Shown here: piece by piece, positions 1 through 8,408 of the stretch | Layout: each line of letters begins with the position of its first letter | Numbering within the stretch: the first letter of the stretch is position 1 | Notes under the pieces: model-generated | Told to the model about the DNA's origin: nothing | Database searches by the model: none | What the model saw: the letters and a program-made list of their open reading frames with translations, nothing else | Origin: a virus | Lineage: Duplodnaviria; Heunggongvirae; Uroviricota; Caudoviricetes | IMG/VR virus record: IMGVR_UViG_2698536401_000015 | Length of the DNA stretch: 36,609 bases | Reading direction: 5' to 3' (one strand) | Position numbers and translations under genes: made by a program

Positions 1-1254
1 ATGCTGGAACAAATGGGCATTGCCGCGAAGCAAGCCTCGTATAAATTAGCGCAACTCTCCAGCCGCGAAAAAAATCGCGTGCTGGAAAAAATCGCCGATG
101 AACTGGAAGCACAAAGCGAAATCATCCTCAACGCTAACGCCCAGGATGTTGCTGACGCGCGAGCCAATGGCCTTAGCGAAGCGATGCTTGACCGTCTGGC
201 ACTGACGCCCGCACGGCTGAAAGGCATTGCCGACGATGTACGTCAGGTGTGCAACCTCGCCGATCCGGTGGGGCAGGTAATCGATGGCGGCGTACTGGAC
301 AGCGGCCTGCGTCTTGAGCGTCGTCGCGTACCGCTGGGGGTTATTGGCGTGATTTATGAAGCGCGCCCGAACGTGACGGTTGATGTCGCTTCGCTGTGCC
401 TGAAAACCGGTAATGCGGTGATCCTGCGCGGTGGCAAAGAAACGTGTCGCACTAACGCTGCAACGGTGGCGGTGATTCAGGACGCCCTGAAATCCTGCGG
501 CTTACCGGCGGGTGCCGTGCAGGCGATTGATAATCCTGACCGTGCGCTGGTCAGTGAAATGCTGCGTATGGATAAATACATCGACATGCTGATCCCGCGT
601 GGTGGCGCTGGTTTGCATAAACTGTGCCGTGAACAGTCGACAATCCCGGTGATCACAGGTGGTATAGGCGTATGCCATATTTACGTTGATGAAAGTGTAG
701 AGATCGCTGAAGCATTAAAAGTGATCGTCAACGCGAAAACTCAGCGTCCGAGCACATGTAATACGGTTGAAACGTTGCTGGTGAATAAAAACATCGCCGA
801 TAGCTTCCTGCCCGCATTAAGCAAACAAATGGCGGAAAGCGGCGTGACATTACACGCAGATGCAGCTGCACTGGCGCAGTTGCAGGCAGGCCCTGCGAAG
901 GTGGTTGCTGTTAAAGCCGAAGAGTATGACGATGAGTTTCTGTCATTAGATTTGAACGTCAAAATCGTCAGCGATCTTGACGATGCCATCGCCCATATTC
1001 GTGAACACGGCACACAACACTCCGATGCGATCCTGACCCGCGATATGCGCAACGCCCAGCGTTTTGTTAACGAAGTGGATTCGTCCGCTGTTTACGTTAA
1101 CGCCTCTACGCGTTTTACCGACGGCGGCCAGTTTGGTCTGGGTGCGGAAGTGGCGGTAAGCACACAAAAACTCCACGCGCGTGGCCCAATGGGGCTGGAA
1201 GCACTGACCACTTACAAGTGGATCGGCATTGGTGATTACACCATTCGTGCGTAA
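1..1254 (+). CDS. proA: gamma-glutamyl phosphate reductase, full length (417 aa)
   Basis: ORF-track translation matches the enterobacterial ProA sequence end to end as I recall it; ATG at position 1, stop at 1254. Host gene preceding thrW. Confidence 0.93.
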
Positions 1255-1368
1255 ATAAAACCGGGTGATGCAAAAGTAGCCATTTGATTCACAAGGCCAT
1301 TGACGCATCGCCCGGTTAGTTTTAACCTTGTCCACCGTGATTCACGTTCGTGAACATGTCCTTTCAGG

Positions 1369-1444
1369 GCCGATATAGCTCAGTTGGTAGAGCAGCGCAT
1401 TCGTAATGCGAAGGTCGTAGGTTCGACTCCTATTATCGGCACCA
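1369..1444 (+). tRNA. thrW: tRNA-Thr (anticodon CGU)
   Basis: 76-nt sequence GCCGATATAGCTCAGTTGGTAGAGCAGCGCATTCGTAATGCG...TTCGACTCC...GGCACCA with D-loop, T-loop (GGTTCGA) and CCA end; anticodon loop reads TTCGTAA. Lies directly downstream of proA. Confidence 0.9.
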
Positions 1445-1458
1445 TTTAAATCAATAAG

Positions 1459-2622
1459 TTACACATCATTAGTACCTTCCTTATTTTTTGACTGGGACAA
1501 ATTTGGGACCGATGGGTTCAGGATCGAGTCTATTTGCCGTGCGTGTTCGGTAAGGTGATTAGGTGCAAGGTGAGCATATCGACGAACCATTTCGATAGAC
1601 TCCCAGCCTCCCATTTCCTGTAACACTGACAACGGGACTCCGGCTTGAACCAGCCAACTTGCCCAGGTGTGTCTCAAGTCGTGAAATCTGAAATCATCAA
1701 TACCAGCCCGTCTCAGCGCCGCTTTCCAGGCTGTGTTTGCGTCATACCGCATCTTCCTTACTGTTGGCGCTTTCGTTCCGTCTGGTTTGGTACAGCTTTC
1801 CTTGTACACAAATACCCAACGGTGATGATTCCCGATTTGTTTTTTCAAAACGCGACATGCAGTATCATTCAGCGCAACGCCAATTGCGCGGTTTGATTTA
1901 CTCTCTTCCGGGTTTATCCATGCCACCCGGCGCTGCATGTCTATTTGTTGCCATTCAAGGTTGATGATGTTCGAGCGTCTTAAGCCTGTTGCCAGTGCAA
2001 ATTCAACAACAGACTTTAATGGCTCCGGACATTCATCAATCAGCCTTTGTGCTTCATGGGGCTCCAGCCAGCGGATCCGTTTATTCTTTGGTTGAGGCAC
2101 TTTAATAATTGGTGCCTTATCCAGCATTTTCCATTCACGCTCTGCGGCTCTTAGTAGGGCCTTTATAAATGAAAGATGCGTAGCCTTCGTTGCAACGGAC
2201 GCTGGTTTTGGCGTGTATTCTGGAACAGGTTTCCCTTTTTTTCTGCATGCTTCTGCCCTGAGTCTCCAGTTTTCCTCATGACGCCGGTTCGTCATTTTCT
2301 GCATTGCTGAATAAATTTTTGATTCAGTAATGTCTCTTAGTTGCATTCCTGCGAAATGTTGAAGCCAGAATCCGATCCGGCTTTTGTCATCGTCCAGTGA
2401 TTTTTTATGTGCTTTCTCTTCAAGCCACCTGACACACGCTTCCTCGAACGTTATATCAGGTATTTCACCAAGTTTGCTGACCCGCCATGCTTCAGCCTTT
2501 AGCTTGTCATGGAGTTCTGTCGCCTGCCTTTTGTCCTTTGTTCCAAGAGACTGTTTAAATCTTTTACCGTTCGGCAATGTGAAACTGGCGTACCATATTT
2601 CACCTCTGCGGAAGAGTGACAT
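1459..2622 (-). CDS. int: tyrosine site-specific integrase, P22 Int-like (387 aa)
   Basis: Near-identical over its length to the P22 integrase as recalled ([45 protein letters not shown]...[17 protein letters not shown]...RYAHL). Gene ends 14 bp from the tRNA 3' end, the typical attL arrangement. Confidence 0.9.
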   Translation of the reverse strand: MSLFRRGEIWYASFTLPNGKRFKQSLGTKDKRQATELHDKLKAEAWRVSKLGEIPDITFEEACVRWLEEKAHKKSLDDDKSRIGFWLQHFAGMQLRDITESKIYSAMQKMTNRRHEENWRLRAEACRKKGKPVPEYTPKPASVATKATHLSFIKALLRAAEREWKMLDKAPIIKVPQPKNKRIRWLEPHEAQRLIDECPEPLKSVVEFALATGLRRSNIINLEWQQIDMQRRVAWINPEESKSNRAIGVALNDTACRVLKKQIGNHHRWVFVYKESCTKPDGTKAPTVRKMRYDANTAWKAALRRAGIDDFRFHDLRHTWASWLVQAGVPLSVLQEMGGWESIEMVRRYAHLAPNHLTEHARQIDSILNPSVPNLSQSKNKEGTNDV

Positions 2623-2849
2623 TTTCTTTCCTCTGTTATGCCATCACCCGCGCTCACCTGGACAGTATGCAGCGGAGACTGAAGAGCCGCAATGCAGGCT
2701 TGTCGTGTTGTGAGGTAAGGAGATTTATTCTTAGTGGGATCTTTGCGTGTTGCCTGAAGACGCCCTGTGCGTATCCAGTTAATGGCAGTCGGTCTGGATA
2801 TCTTGAGAAAATGACAGGCCTCATCGAGTGTGAGGCTGTATGGCTCCAT
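2499..2849 (-). CDS. xis: excisionase (Xis, AlpA-like HTH), 116 aa from the internal start MEPYSL
   Basis: Upstream of and overlapping int; N-terminal HTH ([26 protein letters not shown]). Start chosen at the ATG overlapping the stop of the upstream gene (TGATG); the track's longer N-terminal extension is probably not translated. Confidence 0.7.
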   Translation of the reverse strand: MEPYSLTLDEACHFLKISRPTAINWIRTGRLQATRKDPTKNKSPYLTTRQACIAALQSPLHTVQVSAGDGITEERKCHSSAEVKYGTPVSHCRTVKDLNSLLEQRTKGRRQNSMTS

Positions 2850-3154
2850 TATTTCACCTCTTGCTGTGACATTGTTGAAAAATGGATACCAGCTCGTTGC
2901 TGCCAGACGATCCAACCGAGAGTCATATCCCATGCCATGTATTCGTTATCGCCGTTTTTTGCTCTCCGACGATCTACTAAGTCACCGAAACGCTTTTCCA
3001 TGAATAATTCATAAGCTTCGCGTTCATCTGGTTCTACTTCCAGAGATAGGAGTGCGATTTCATAAGCACGGCGCTCAATATCGTCTCGCACGTCAAGGCT
3101 GCTGATACGCTCTTTAATTTCTTTAATCAGTTCTTTGTCGGTAAAAGTGGTCAT
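2849..3154 (-). CDS. hypothetical early-left protein (101 aa)
   Basis: ORF translationally coupled to its neighbours by stop/start overlaps on both sides; acidic, helical composition. No family recognised. Confidence 0.5.
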   Translation of the reverse strand: MTTFTDKELIKEIKERISSLDVRDDIERRAYEIALLSLEVEPDEREAYELFMEKRFGDLVDRRRAKNGDNEYMAWDMTLGWIVWQQRAGIHFSTMSQQEVK

Positions 3155-3510
3155 TATGCTCCAGCCTCCGGTGCTTTTGGCATTACTGCCCAGTGAGTGA
3201 TATTGACGTTTTCAAGGTCCCCGACCTGAAATGTCCACTGCCATTCTCCGGTTTCTTTTTGTCCCCAGGTGTACCAGAGAGAACGCCAGCCAATTAGCCA
3301 GCCTTCTCCGTTAGCATCGAATAACAAAACACTTTCATTTGCTGGTGGCAGTTCAGTTGACACTGGTATTACTTTGTTTTCCTGTGCTGCACATTTAGCT
3401 TCAAGCGCATCGAATTTACGCACCAGGTATTCAGCATCTGTTTCATTTACTTTCAGATCTCGCGGTACACATCTCCCACGAAGAAACCCTTCCATTTCGA
3501 AAACATTCAT
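3154..3510 (-). CDS. DUF551-like phage protein
   Basis: C-terminal ...NITHWAVMPKAPE resembles the conserved THWMPLPEPP end of DUF551 proteins. Start placed at the ATG (3510) that overlaps the upstream stop as ATGA; an alternative ATG lies at 3516. Confidence 0.55.
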   Translation of the reverse strand: MNVFEMEGFLRGRCVPRDLKVNETDAEYLVRKFDALEAKCAAQENKVIPVSTELPPANESVLLFDANGEGWLIGWRSLWYTWGQKETGEWQWTFQVGDLENVNITHWAVMPKAPEAGA

Positions 3511-4043
3511 GCGCATTTGCGTAACTCCGATAACTCGTTAAAGCGTTCCATAAACATCCCGTAGGCATGGCCCGGTGCCAGTGGAATCACGTTGAACATC
3601 TCTGTTGCCGGGATACCTTCCAGTACAGGCCAGAAAGAGCCATCATCAAGCCCGAGATCGCGGCGTTCGGTTGCCAGCATGATGAGATCGGCATATTTCA
3701 CGGGCGTACTCATAACTGGGGGTAATCCGTATTTCTCACGGATTACGGAGTCTATTTTTTCTTCCATTTGTTTATAGTCAGGAAGAAGGCGTTTCAGTGG
3801 TGCGGGAATGTCCTGGCAATACGCTTCTGTTGCATCATGCATTAACGCTTCAAAAGCAAATTCCTGCGGCACCAGCTGGCTGCAAAGAACCGCATGTTGG
3901 GCGACGCTGTAGAAGTGCGAAAGATGACCGGCAAAGCGACAGATATTTGAAAGGGAAACCGCGATATCGTTAATATCGATGTCGTCTTTATTTATCCTGT
4001 CATAATAAAAATGCTTCCCGGAAAAAGTTTTAATAAATGACAT
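3507..4043 (-). CDS. YfdR-like HD-domain phosphohydrolase (putative 5'-deoxynucleotidase)
   Basis: Start at MSFIKT with a GGAGAA ribosome-binding site; H...HD motif (ALMHDATEAY); matches my recollection of CPS-53 YfdR. Confidence 0.7.
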   Translation of the reverse strand: MSFIKTFSGKHFYYDRINKDDIDINDIAVSLSNICRFAGHLSHFYSVAQHAVLCSQLVPQEFAFEALMHDATEAYCQDIPAPLKRLLPDYKQMEEKIDSVIREKYGLPPVMSTPVKYADLIMLATERRDLGLDDGSFWPVLEGIPATEMFNVIPLAPGHAYGMFMERFNELSELRKCA

Positions 4044-4170
4044 TTTGTTCTCCACGTATATGCACTGCACCGCGCTGAATTCTGGTAAAAGGAAGCCCTC
4101 ACCATTCGGTGATTATTGAGTTAATTACGTTTCCATAAATGCCCCCGCAGGGGCATTTGCAGTAATGAAA

Positions 4171-4995
4171 TCAGGCGGTGAAAGTACCAATAAAGGTTTC
4201 TACTTTGCTGTCTTTGAATTTCTCAACAAGCAGATCACGAAATTCGTTAGCCATTTCTTCCTGCACCGCTTCCAGCTGAATAATGCGCAGAACCAGTACC
4301 GGACGATCGCCAGTGATAATGCTGAGGCGTAATTTAAACGGACGTTCTTTGAGACCTTCAAACGGAATGCATTTAAATTCAAATGCCACTGGCATAATGT
4401 CTTTGGTCTTCGCTTCGACAGACTCCATCAGGGAGCGTTTGCCGCTGAAGTCATTATCTTCAAAATCAGCGGTCTGGTTTGCTTCAATCGTGATTTTACG
4501 GACCGCCGCAGCCGCTTTTGTTGCCTGAATGGTGTCACCATTAGCATCAAAGCCCACAAGGTAGTCGGCCCAGTCTTCAATCCATTCTGCCAGTGATTTC
4601 TGGGAGTTACGCTCGCCATTAACAGACAACAGAGCAGAGAACGGTGCTGTCTTTTTCAGTTTGAGAGTGGCGGTGTTATCTGCGTGACCTGGTTCATCAA
4701 TAGTACCCAGGTTAAGCACACTGACGGCACGCATATTATCAGCATCGATAAAGCAGCGGGTGCCTTCATCTGCAAGATCTTTAGAATAACGGGTAAAGTC
4801 ATCGATGCTGGCAGTGGAAAGCGCACCACGGAAACGGAAGCGATTTAAATTAAATTTTTCCAGATCATGAATGCGGAAATTCTCAGGCAATGCCACAGCA
4901 TCGGCACCAATCTTACTGATAATTTCATTAACACCCTGAGCAGAAATAAGGGCATGGATTTGATTAATTGCGGTTGCGTCTAAGTTCTGAGACAT
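4171..4995 (-). CDS. YfdQ-like protein (DUF2303), 274 aa
   Basis: Length and sequence match recalled CPS-53 YfdQ; sits in the early-left operon. Confidence 0.7.
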   Translation of the reverse strand: MSQNLDATAINQIHALISAQGVNEIISKIGADAVALPENFRIHDLEKFNLNRFRFRGALSTASIDDFTRYSKDLADEGTRCFIDADNMRAVSVLNLGTIDEPGHADNTATLKLKKTAPFSALLSVNGERNSQKSLAEWIEDWADYLVGFDANGDTIQATKAAAAVRKITIEANQTADFEDNDFSGKRSLMESVEAKTKDIMPVAFEFKCIPFEGLKERPFKLRLSIITGDRPVLVLRIIQLEAVQEEMANEFRDLLVEKFKDSKVETFIGTFTA

Positions 4996-5060
4996 AATAA
5001 GTCCTCACTATATAAAGATATTCAGTGATGAGATAAATAATCAGTTAATTAAGAACGATA

Positions 5061-5423
5061 TTAATGACCTGCTGCGCGGAGTTTTCCGTCAGGTTCACCG
5101 GCAAGAGTCAGTAATTGTCCCTGGTCTTCCTGCAGAATAGTCAGGCGACCACCGCGATTGACATACATCGGCGTTTCGGTGGTGTCTTCTTCGGAAATTT
5201 TCCCGCGGTTAGTCGGGCGAACATATGAGAGTTTGTGTTTGATTTTCACACGGTTCTCATCAAATGGTTCGATTTCCAGGTTGAGTGAGACCTTACCTTT
5301 GGTTTTCGTGTTCATCACACCGGAAGCGACTTCACTGAGAACTGCGCCGATTTTGGTTTCAAATACGCCGCCGTCCAGCTCCCCGATAAATGCCTGCACA
5401 TCAGTACTGCGTTCGCTAGCCAT
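5061..5423 (-). CDS. YfdP-like hypothetical protein (120 aa from the internal start MASERSTDV)
   Basis: The track ORF extends further upstream; the plausible ATG is at 5423 (ATGGCTAGC). Gene order matches yfdP-yfdQ-yfdR. Confidence 0.55.
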   Translation of the reverse strand: MASERSTDVQAFIGELDGGVFETKIGAVLSEVASGVMNTKTKGKVSLNLEIEPFDENRVKIKHKLSYVRPTNRGKISEEDTTETPMYVNRGGRLTILQEDQGQLLTLAGEPDGKLRAAGH

Positions 5424-5471
5424 TTTGCTGCTCCTCATCATATCGACCCTGCAAGGTCGGTTGGTTTCTCC

Positions 5472-5560
5472 ACAAAACAGAGAAGAACACCTGCGGTGGC
5501 AGCCGCCCGGATGGATTGGGTTATGAGCCCGTCGTCCGGTGATGCTCTTCTCTGTTTTGT
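5472..5560. repeat. imperfect 18-bp inverted repeat (17/18) with a 53-bp spacer in the leader of the leftward operon
   Basis: ACAAAACAGAGAAGAACA (5472-5489) pairs with TGCTCTTCTCTGTTTTGT (5543-5560); a nested CCGGA/TCCGG pair lies inside. Adjacent GGTACC...GGGTACAAG...GGTACC motifs at 5570-5604. Confidence 0.6.
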
Positions 5561-5860
5561 AAAAAGGACGGTACCAGCCGGAAGCAAGGGTACAAGCTGG
5601 TACCGCCAGGACTACACATAGCATAAAGTTGTGGTGCCGGGTGCCTCCCGGTGCCTGGCGAAGGTTGCACACCAGGCGGGTGGGTATCTACAGAAGGTCG
5701 ACTGTCAGCCTCAACCTTAACCCGCGTGCGCTGAGCCGCATTCACCACAACGCTAAGGATTCTCTCTGGTTGAAAATACTTAGCTGTTATGTGCCTGTCT
5801 TTTCACCACTTCAGGCTCGGTGGTATCCTTTTAAGCCCGTATACATAAAAGGAAAATCAA

Positions 5861-6106
5861 ATGACTTTTGATGAAAAAGAACTTGATAATGCAATTAATA
5901 AAATCATCGTAACGTCGCTCTTTTCCTGTCTCAGCGACACTCAGCAGAAACAGTTCTACGAATCGGCTTTCAACATGATCGAGCGTTGTTGTTTCTGCGA
6001 TGCCGACGAGTTACCTGAAAAAATCAGGAAACAGTTGGCTGATGCTCTTCGAGTGCGACTTTCTGACCAATTTTCTGAAATGTGCTCTCCGAATTTGGAC
6101 AAATAG
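5861..6106 (+). CDS. small hypothetical protein (81 aa), cargo gene beside the immunity region
   Basis: ATG preceded by AAAGGAAAA ribosome-binding site; lower GC than flanks; overlaps the 3' end of the convergent minus-strand ORF by 83 bp. Confidence 0.4.
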   Translation: MTFDEKELDNAINKIIVTSLFSCLSDTQQKQFYESAFNMIERCCFCDADELPEKIRKQLADALRVRLSDQFSEMCSPNLDK

Positions 6107-6299
6107 AAAAAGGCCATTTCCATTCAGGGTCTGATGGAAATACTTCAGCCTGTTCCAAAGCACGGCGTAAAGAGAACACAACTCCAGCCATAATCTGATG
6201 TTTCCCATTGGTCCAGCTATCGCCGCTCTGATCTACAGGGGCGGCTATGTCGTATGACCAAACGACTTCACAGTTATTGTTTAAAATCTGGACTTTCAT
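6024..6299 (-). CDS. small hypothetical protein (91 aa from MKVQIL; 98 aa from the upstream ATG)
   Basis: Lies downstream of cI and its terminator on the same strand; AGGTG ribosome-binding site before the second ATG; no family recognised. Confidence 0.4.
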   Translation of the reverse strand: MKVQILNNNCEVVWSYDIAAPVDQSGDSWTNGKHQIMAGVVFSLRRALEQAEVFPSDPEWKWPFSICPNSESTFQKIGQKVALEEHQPTVS

Positions 6300-6453
6300 T
6301 TCATACACCTGCTTTAACATGAGTGCCTAGTGGCACAACATGACTCAACGAATCATCCTGGACTTCATATGCCCCAGGCGGATACTTCGTGGGCGTCCTG
6401 CCTGTTTGTTGTTTCTCTTGGGTACATTATGTATCTCAAAGGTACATTGTCAA

Positions 6454-6479
6454 GTATAAAAAAACCTGCCGAAGCAGGT
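6454..6479 (-). terminator. rho-independent terminator downstream of cI
   Basis: Hairpin ACCTGC-CGAA-GCAGGT followed on the minus strand by a T-run (A7 on the plus strand at 6455-6461), 14 bp past the cI stop. Confidence 0.55.
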
Positions 6480-6492
6480 TCATAAACATTGA

Positions 6493-7167
6493 TTAGGCTT
6501 TGATTTTGTATCTTCTTGGTTTTCCTGAGAAAATCACAGTTCCAATTATAGAGCAATTACCGTTGATCTTAATGTAAGGCTCAGGCCAGTTTGGGTTTAA
6601 CGCTTTGAGATAACGCTGTGTCCCATCTTCTATCAACCTTTTGAAGGTGGTTTCACCTGTATCGTGCATCAATGCAATAACGTCGTCACCGTGGCAGGCA
6701 GGTACTTCAGGATCGACAAAAATCATGTCTCCCGGGCGGTACTCATCAATCATTGAATCACCTATCACCCGCAAGATATAAGTCATTTCCCCACAGGGTA
6801 CAGGGCAGGGATACGTTTCTGCTGTGCTCAAATCAACCTCAGAATATCCAACTTCTTTCCATGCTCCGGCCTGTACCCATGATATGACAGGGACTAATGT
6901 GATTTGTTTATTAGTGATTGAAACATCAGGTTTTTTTGTGATGTTCGTTGTCTGGTGTTCTTGATCGAGCCATCCGACAGGCAGGTCGAAACATTTTTCG
7001 ATGTGTCGTGCCATGCTGTCACCGATATTTTTAGTAGCACCATCTCCCATAAACCTGCTGGTCTGGGTTGGCTCGCGATCAATCATAGTGGCAAAGGAAG
7101 AATTCCCGCCAACACCATCTCTCAGTTTTCTGGCGTTAGACCGCCGGATGTCATGGATTGTTTTCAT
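6493..7167 (-). CDS. cI: CI-type prophage repressor with HTH and S24 (LexA-like) autopeptidase domain
   Basis: 224 aa; C-terminal GDSM...K serine-lysine dyad context and a VDPE region; transcribed divergently from a cro-like gene across an operator-bearing region. Confidence 0.85.
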   Translation of the reverse strand: MKTIHDIRRSNARKLRDGVGGNSSFATMIDREPTQTSRFMGDGATKNIGDSMARHIEKCFDLPVGWLDQEHQTTNITKKPDVSITNKQITLVPVISWVQAGAWKEVGYSEVDLSTAETYPCPVPCGEMTYILRVIGDSMIDEYRPGDMIFVDPEVPACHGDDVIALMHDTGETTFKRLIEDGTQRYLKALNPNWPEPYIKINGNCSIIGTVIFSGKPRRYKIKA

Positions 7168-7183
7168 AACGAAATTAAAACCC

Positions 7184-7252
7184 TTGTACCGTTAAGGTAC
7201 AAGTATCTTGAAGGTTCATTTCAATCATGTAATATGTACACCGGAGGTACAT
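7184..7252. promoter_or_regulatory. right operator region with two 19-bp dyad operators and a candidate pR
   Basis: TTGTACC-GTTAA-GGTACAA (7184-7202) and ATGTACA-CCGGA-GGTACAT (7234-7252). Candidate pR is TTGAAG (7208-7213), 16-bp spacer, TAATAT (7230-7235); GGAGG ribosome-binding site before cro. A similar site ATGTATC-TCAAA-GGTACAT lies at 6429-6447. Confidence 0.6.
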
Positions 7253-7257
7253 ATTGT

Positions 7258-7458
7258 ATGAAAGCGTATTGGGACTCTTTAACCAAAGAACAGCAGGGCG
7301 AGTTGGCCGGAAAAGTTGGCTCAACACCTGGCTACTTACGGCTGGTTTTCAATGGCTATAAAAAAGCCAGTTTTGTGCTGGCTAAAAAACTTGAGCAATG
7401 CACGTCAGGTGCAATTACGAAATCTGACTTAAGACCGGATATCTATCCGAAAGATTAG
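7258..7458 (+). CDS. cro: Cro-like HTH regulator (66 aa)
   Basis: Divergent from cI; ATG at 7258 with GGAGG ribosome-binding site; the track ORF starting at 6955 is an artefactual upstream extension running through the operator region. Confidence 0.65.
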   Translation: MKAYWDSLTKEQQGELAGKVGSTPGYLRLVFNGYKKASFVLAKKLEQCTSGAITKSDLRPDIYPKD

Positions 7459-7489
7459 CAGAACACTTTCAATTTTTAACCACAGAACG

Positions 7490-8053
7490 ATGAGGCTAAT
7501 CGTGGGTAAGCATCACTGGAAAATAGAAAAACAGCCTGAGTGGTACGTGAAAGCTGTCAGAAAAACTATCGCGGCGTTGCCGGGTGGTTACGCTGAAGCG
7601 GCTGACTGGCTGGATGTAACAGAGAACGCATTATTTAACCGCCTTCGTGCCGATGGCGATCAGATTTTCCCGCTGGGATGGGCAATGATTTTGCAACGTG
7701 CTGGTGGAACTCACTTCATTGCTGACGCTGTGGCGCAGTCTGCAAATGGCGTCTTTGTGTCTCTTCCTGACGTCGAGGATGTGGACAACGCCGATATTAA
7801 CCAGCGTCTGCTGGAAGTCATTGAACAGATCGGCAGTTATTCAAAACAGATTCGTTCAGCAATCGAAGACGGTGTAGTGGAACCGCATGAGAAGACAGCA
7901 ATTAACGACGAGCTGTATCTCTCAATTTCGAAGCTGCAGGAGCATGCAGCACTGGTCTACAAAATCTTTTGCATTTCAGAAAGTAATGACGCCCGCGAGT
8001 GTGCAGCTCCGGGCGCCGTGGCGTGTCGTGACTGTGGAGAAACTAACGCATGA
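7490..8053 (+). CDS. CII-like lysogeny regulator (possibly CP76-type), 187 aa
   Basis: Position immediately after cro; size and composition fit the longer CII-like family. Start uncertain (ATG 7490 or GTG 7502). Confidence 0.45.
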   Translation: MRLIVGKHHWKIEKQPEWYVKAVRKTIAALPGGYAEAADWLDVTENALFNRLRADGDQIFPLGWAMILQRAGGTHFIADAVAQSANGVFVSLPDVEDVDNADINQRLLEVIEQIGSYSKQIRSAIEDGVVEPHEKTAINDELYLSISKLQEHAALVYKIFCISESNDARECAAPGAVACRDCGETNA

Positions 8054-8388
8054 ACAGTTTAACAACACACTACCGTCGCTCGCAACTGATTGCGCTTCCT
8101 GTACCGGGTGGAAAAGCGAAGGTGGAGTATTGCTATGCAGTGAATGTACCAGGTGACAGGGAAATTGTAACCCACAGCTTTGCAGAGTGGGCTGTGGGTG
8201 ATTTCAACCGGCAGAAGGAGACAGTCCTTTGCGACAAGTTAACCGCTGGTTCAAAGATCACTACGGAGTGCCCGTCAGAGTCATTCGTTGGGAGCCGGAA
8301 ACACAACGGGTTATCTACCTCCGTGAAGGCTATGAGCATGAGTGCTTCAGCCCGCTCGAACAGTTTCGTCGTAAATTCAGGGAAATAG
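8050..8388 (+). CDS. hypothetical protein, frame uncertain (N-terminal part plausible, C-terminal part low-complexity)
   Basis: ATG overlaps the previous stop (ATGA). The translation becomes serine-rich and unconvincing after about 8230, where another frame reads as a better protein. Confidence 0.3.
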   Translation: MNSLTTHYRRSQLIALPVPGGKAKVEYCYAVNVPGDREIVTHSFAEWAVGDFNRQKETVLCDKLTAGSKITTECPSESFVGSRKHNGLSTSVKAMSMSASARSNSFVVNSGK

Positions 8389-8408
8389 AGGTCGGTCATG
8401 AGCACTAA
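8229..8408 (+). CDS. small protein (59 aa) from a TTG start with a strong AAGGAG ribosome-binding site
   Basis: AAGGAG at 8215-8220, 8-nt spacer, TTG at 8229; translation [59 protein letters not shown] reads as protein-like; absent from the track because it is under 60 aa. Ends 11 bp into the O-like gene. Confidence 0.4.
   Translation: MRQVNRWFKDHYGVPVRVIRWEPETQRVIYLREGYEHECFSPLEQFRRKFREIEVGHEH

Noticed and set aside
741-1335. Minus-strand ORFs 741-1052 and 946-1335 inside or overlapping proA
   Set aside because: Antisense to a well-supported full-length host gene; translations are low-complexity (Ser/Ala/Cys-rich). Treated as spurious.
1300-1353. Palindrome TTCACG-TT-CGTGAA and promoter-like hexamers upstream of thrW
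   Set aside because: Host tRNA promoter/leader region; likely ordinary promoter architecture rather than anything prophage-related.
1645-1964. Plus-strand ORFs 1645-1896 and 1737-1964 within the integrase gene
   Set aside because: Antisense to the P22-type integrase; no ribosome-binding site and non-protein-like composition.
6955-7257. Long N-terminal extension of the cro ORF (track ORF 6955-7458) and ORF 7001-7195
   Set aside because: They run antisense through cI and across the operator/promoter region; the real cro start is the ATG at 7258 with a GGAGG ribosome-binding site.
7887-8053. 5' part of ORF 7887-8156 overlapping the cII-like gene
   Set aside because: Overlaps the cII-like gene out of frame; only the part beyond the cII stop (the zinc-ribbon-like peptide) is kept as an observation, not a called gene.
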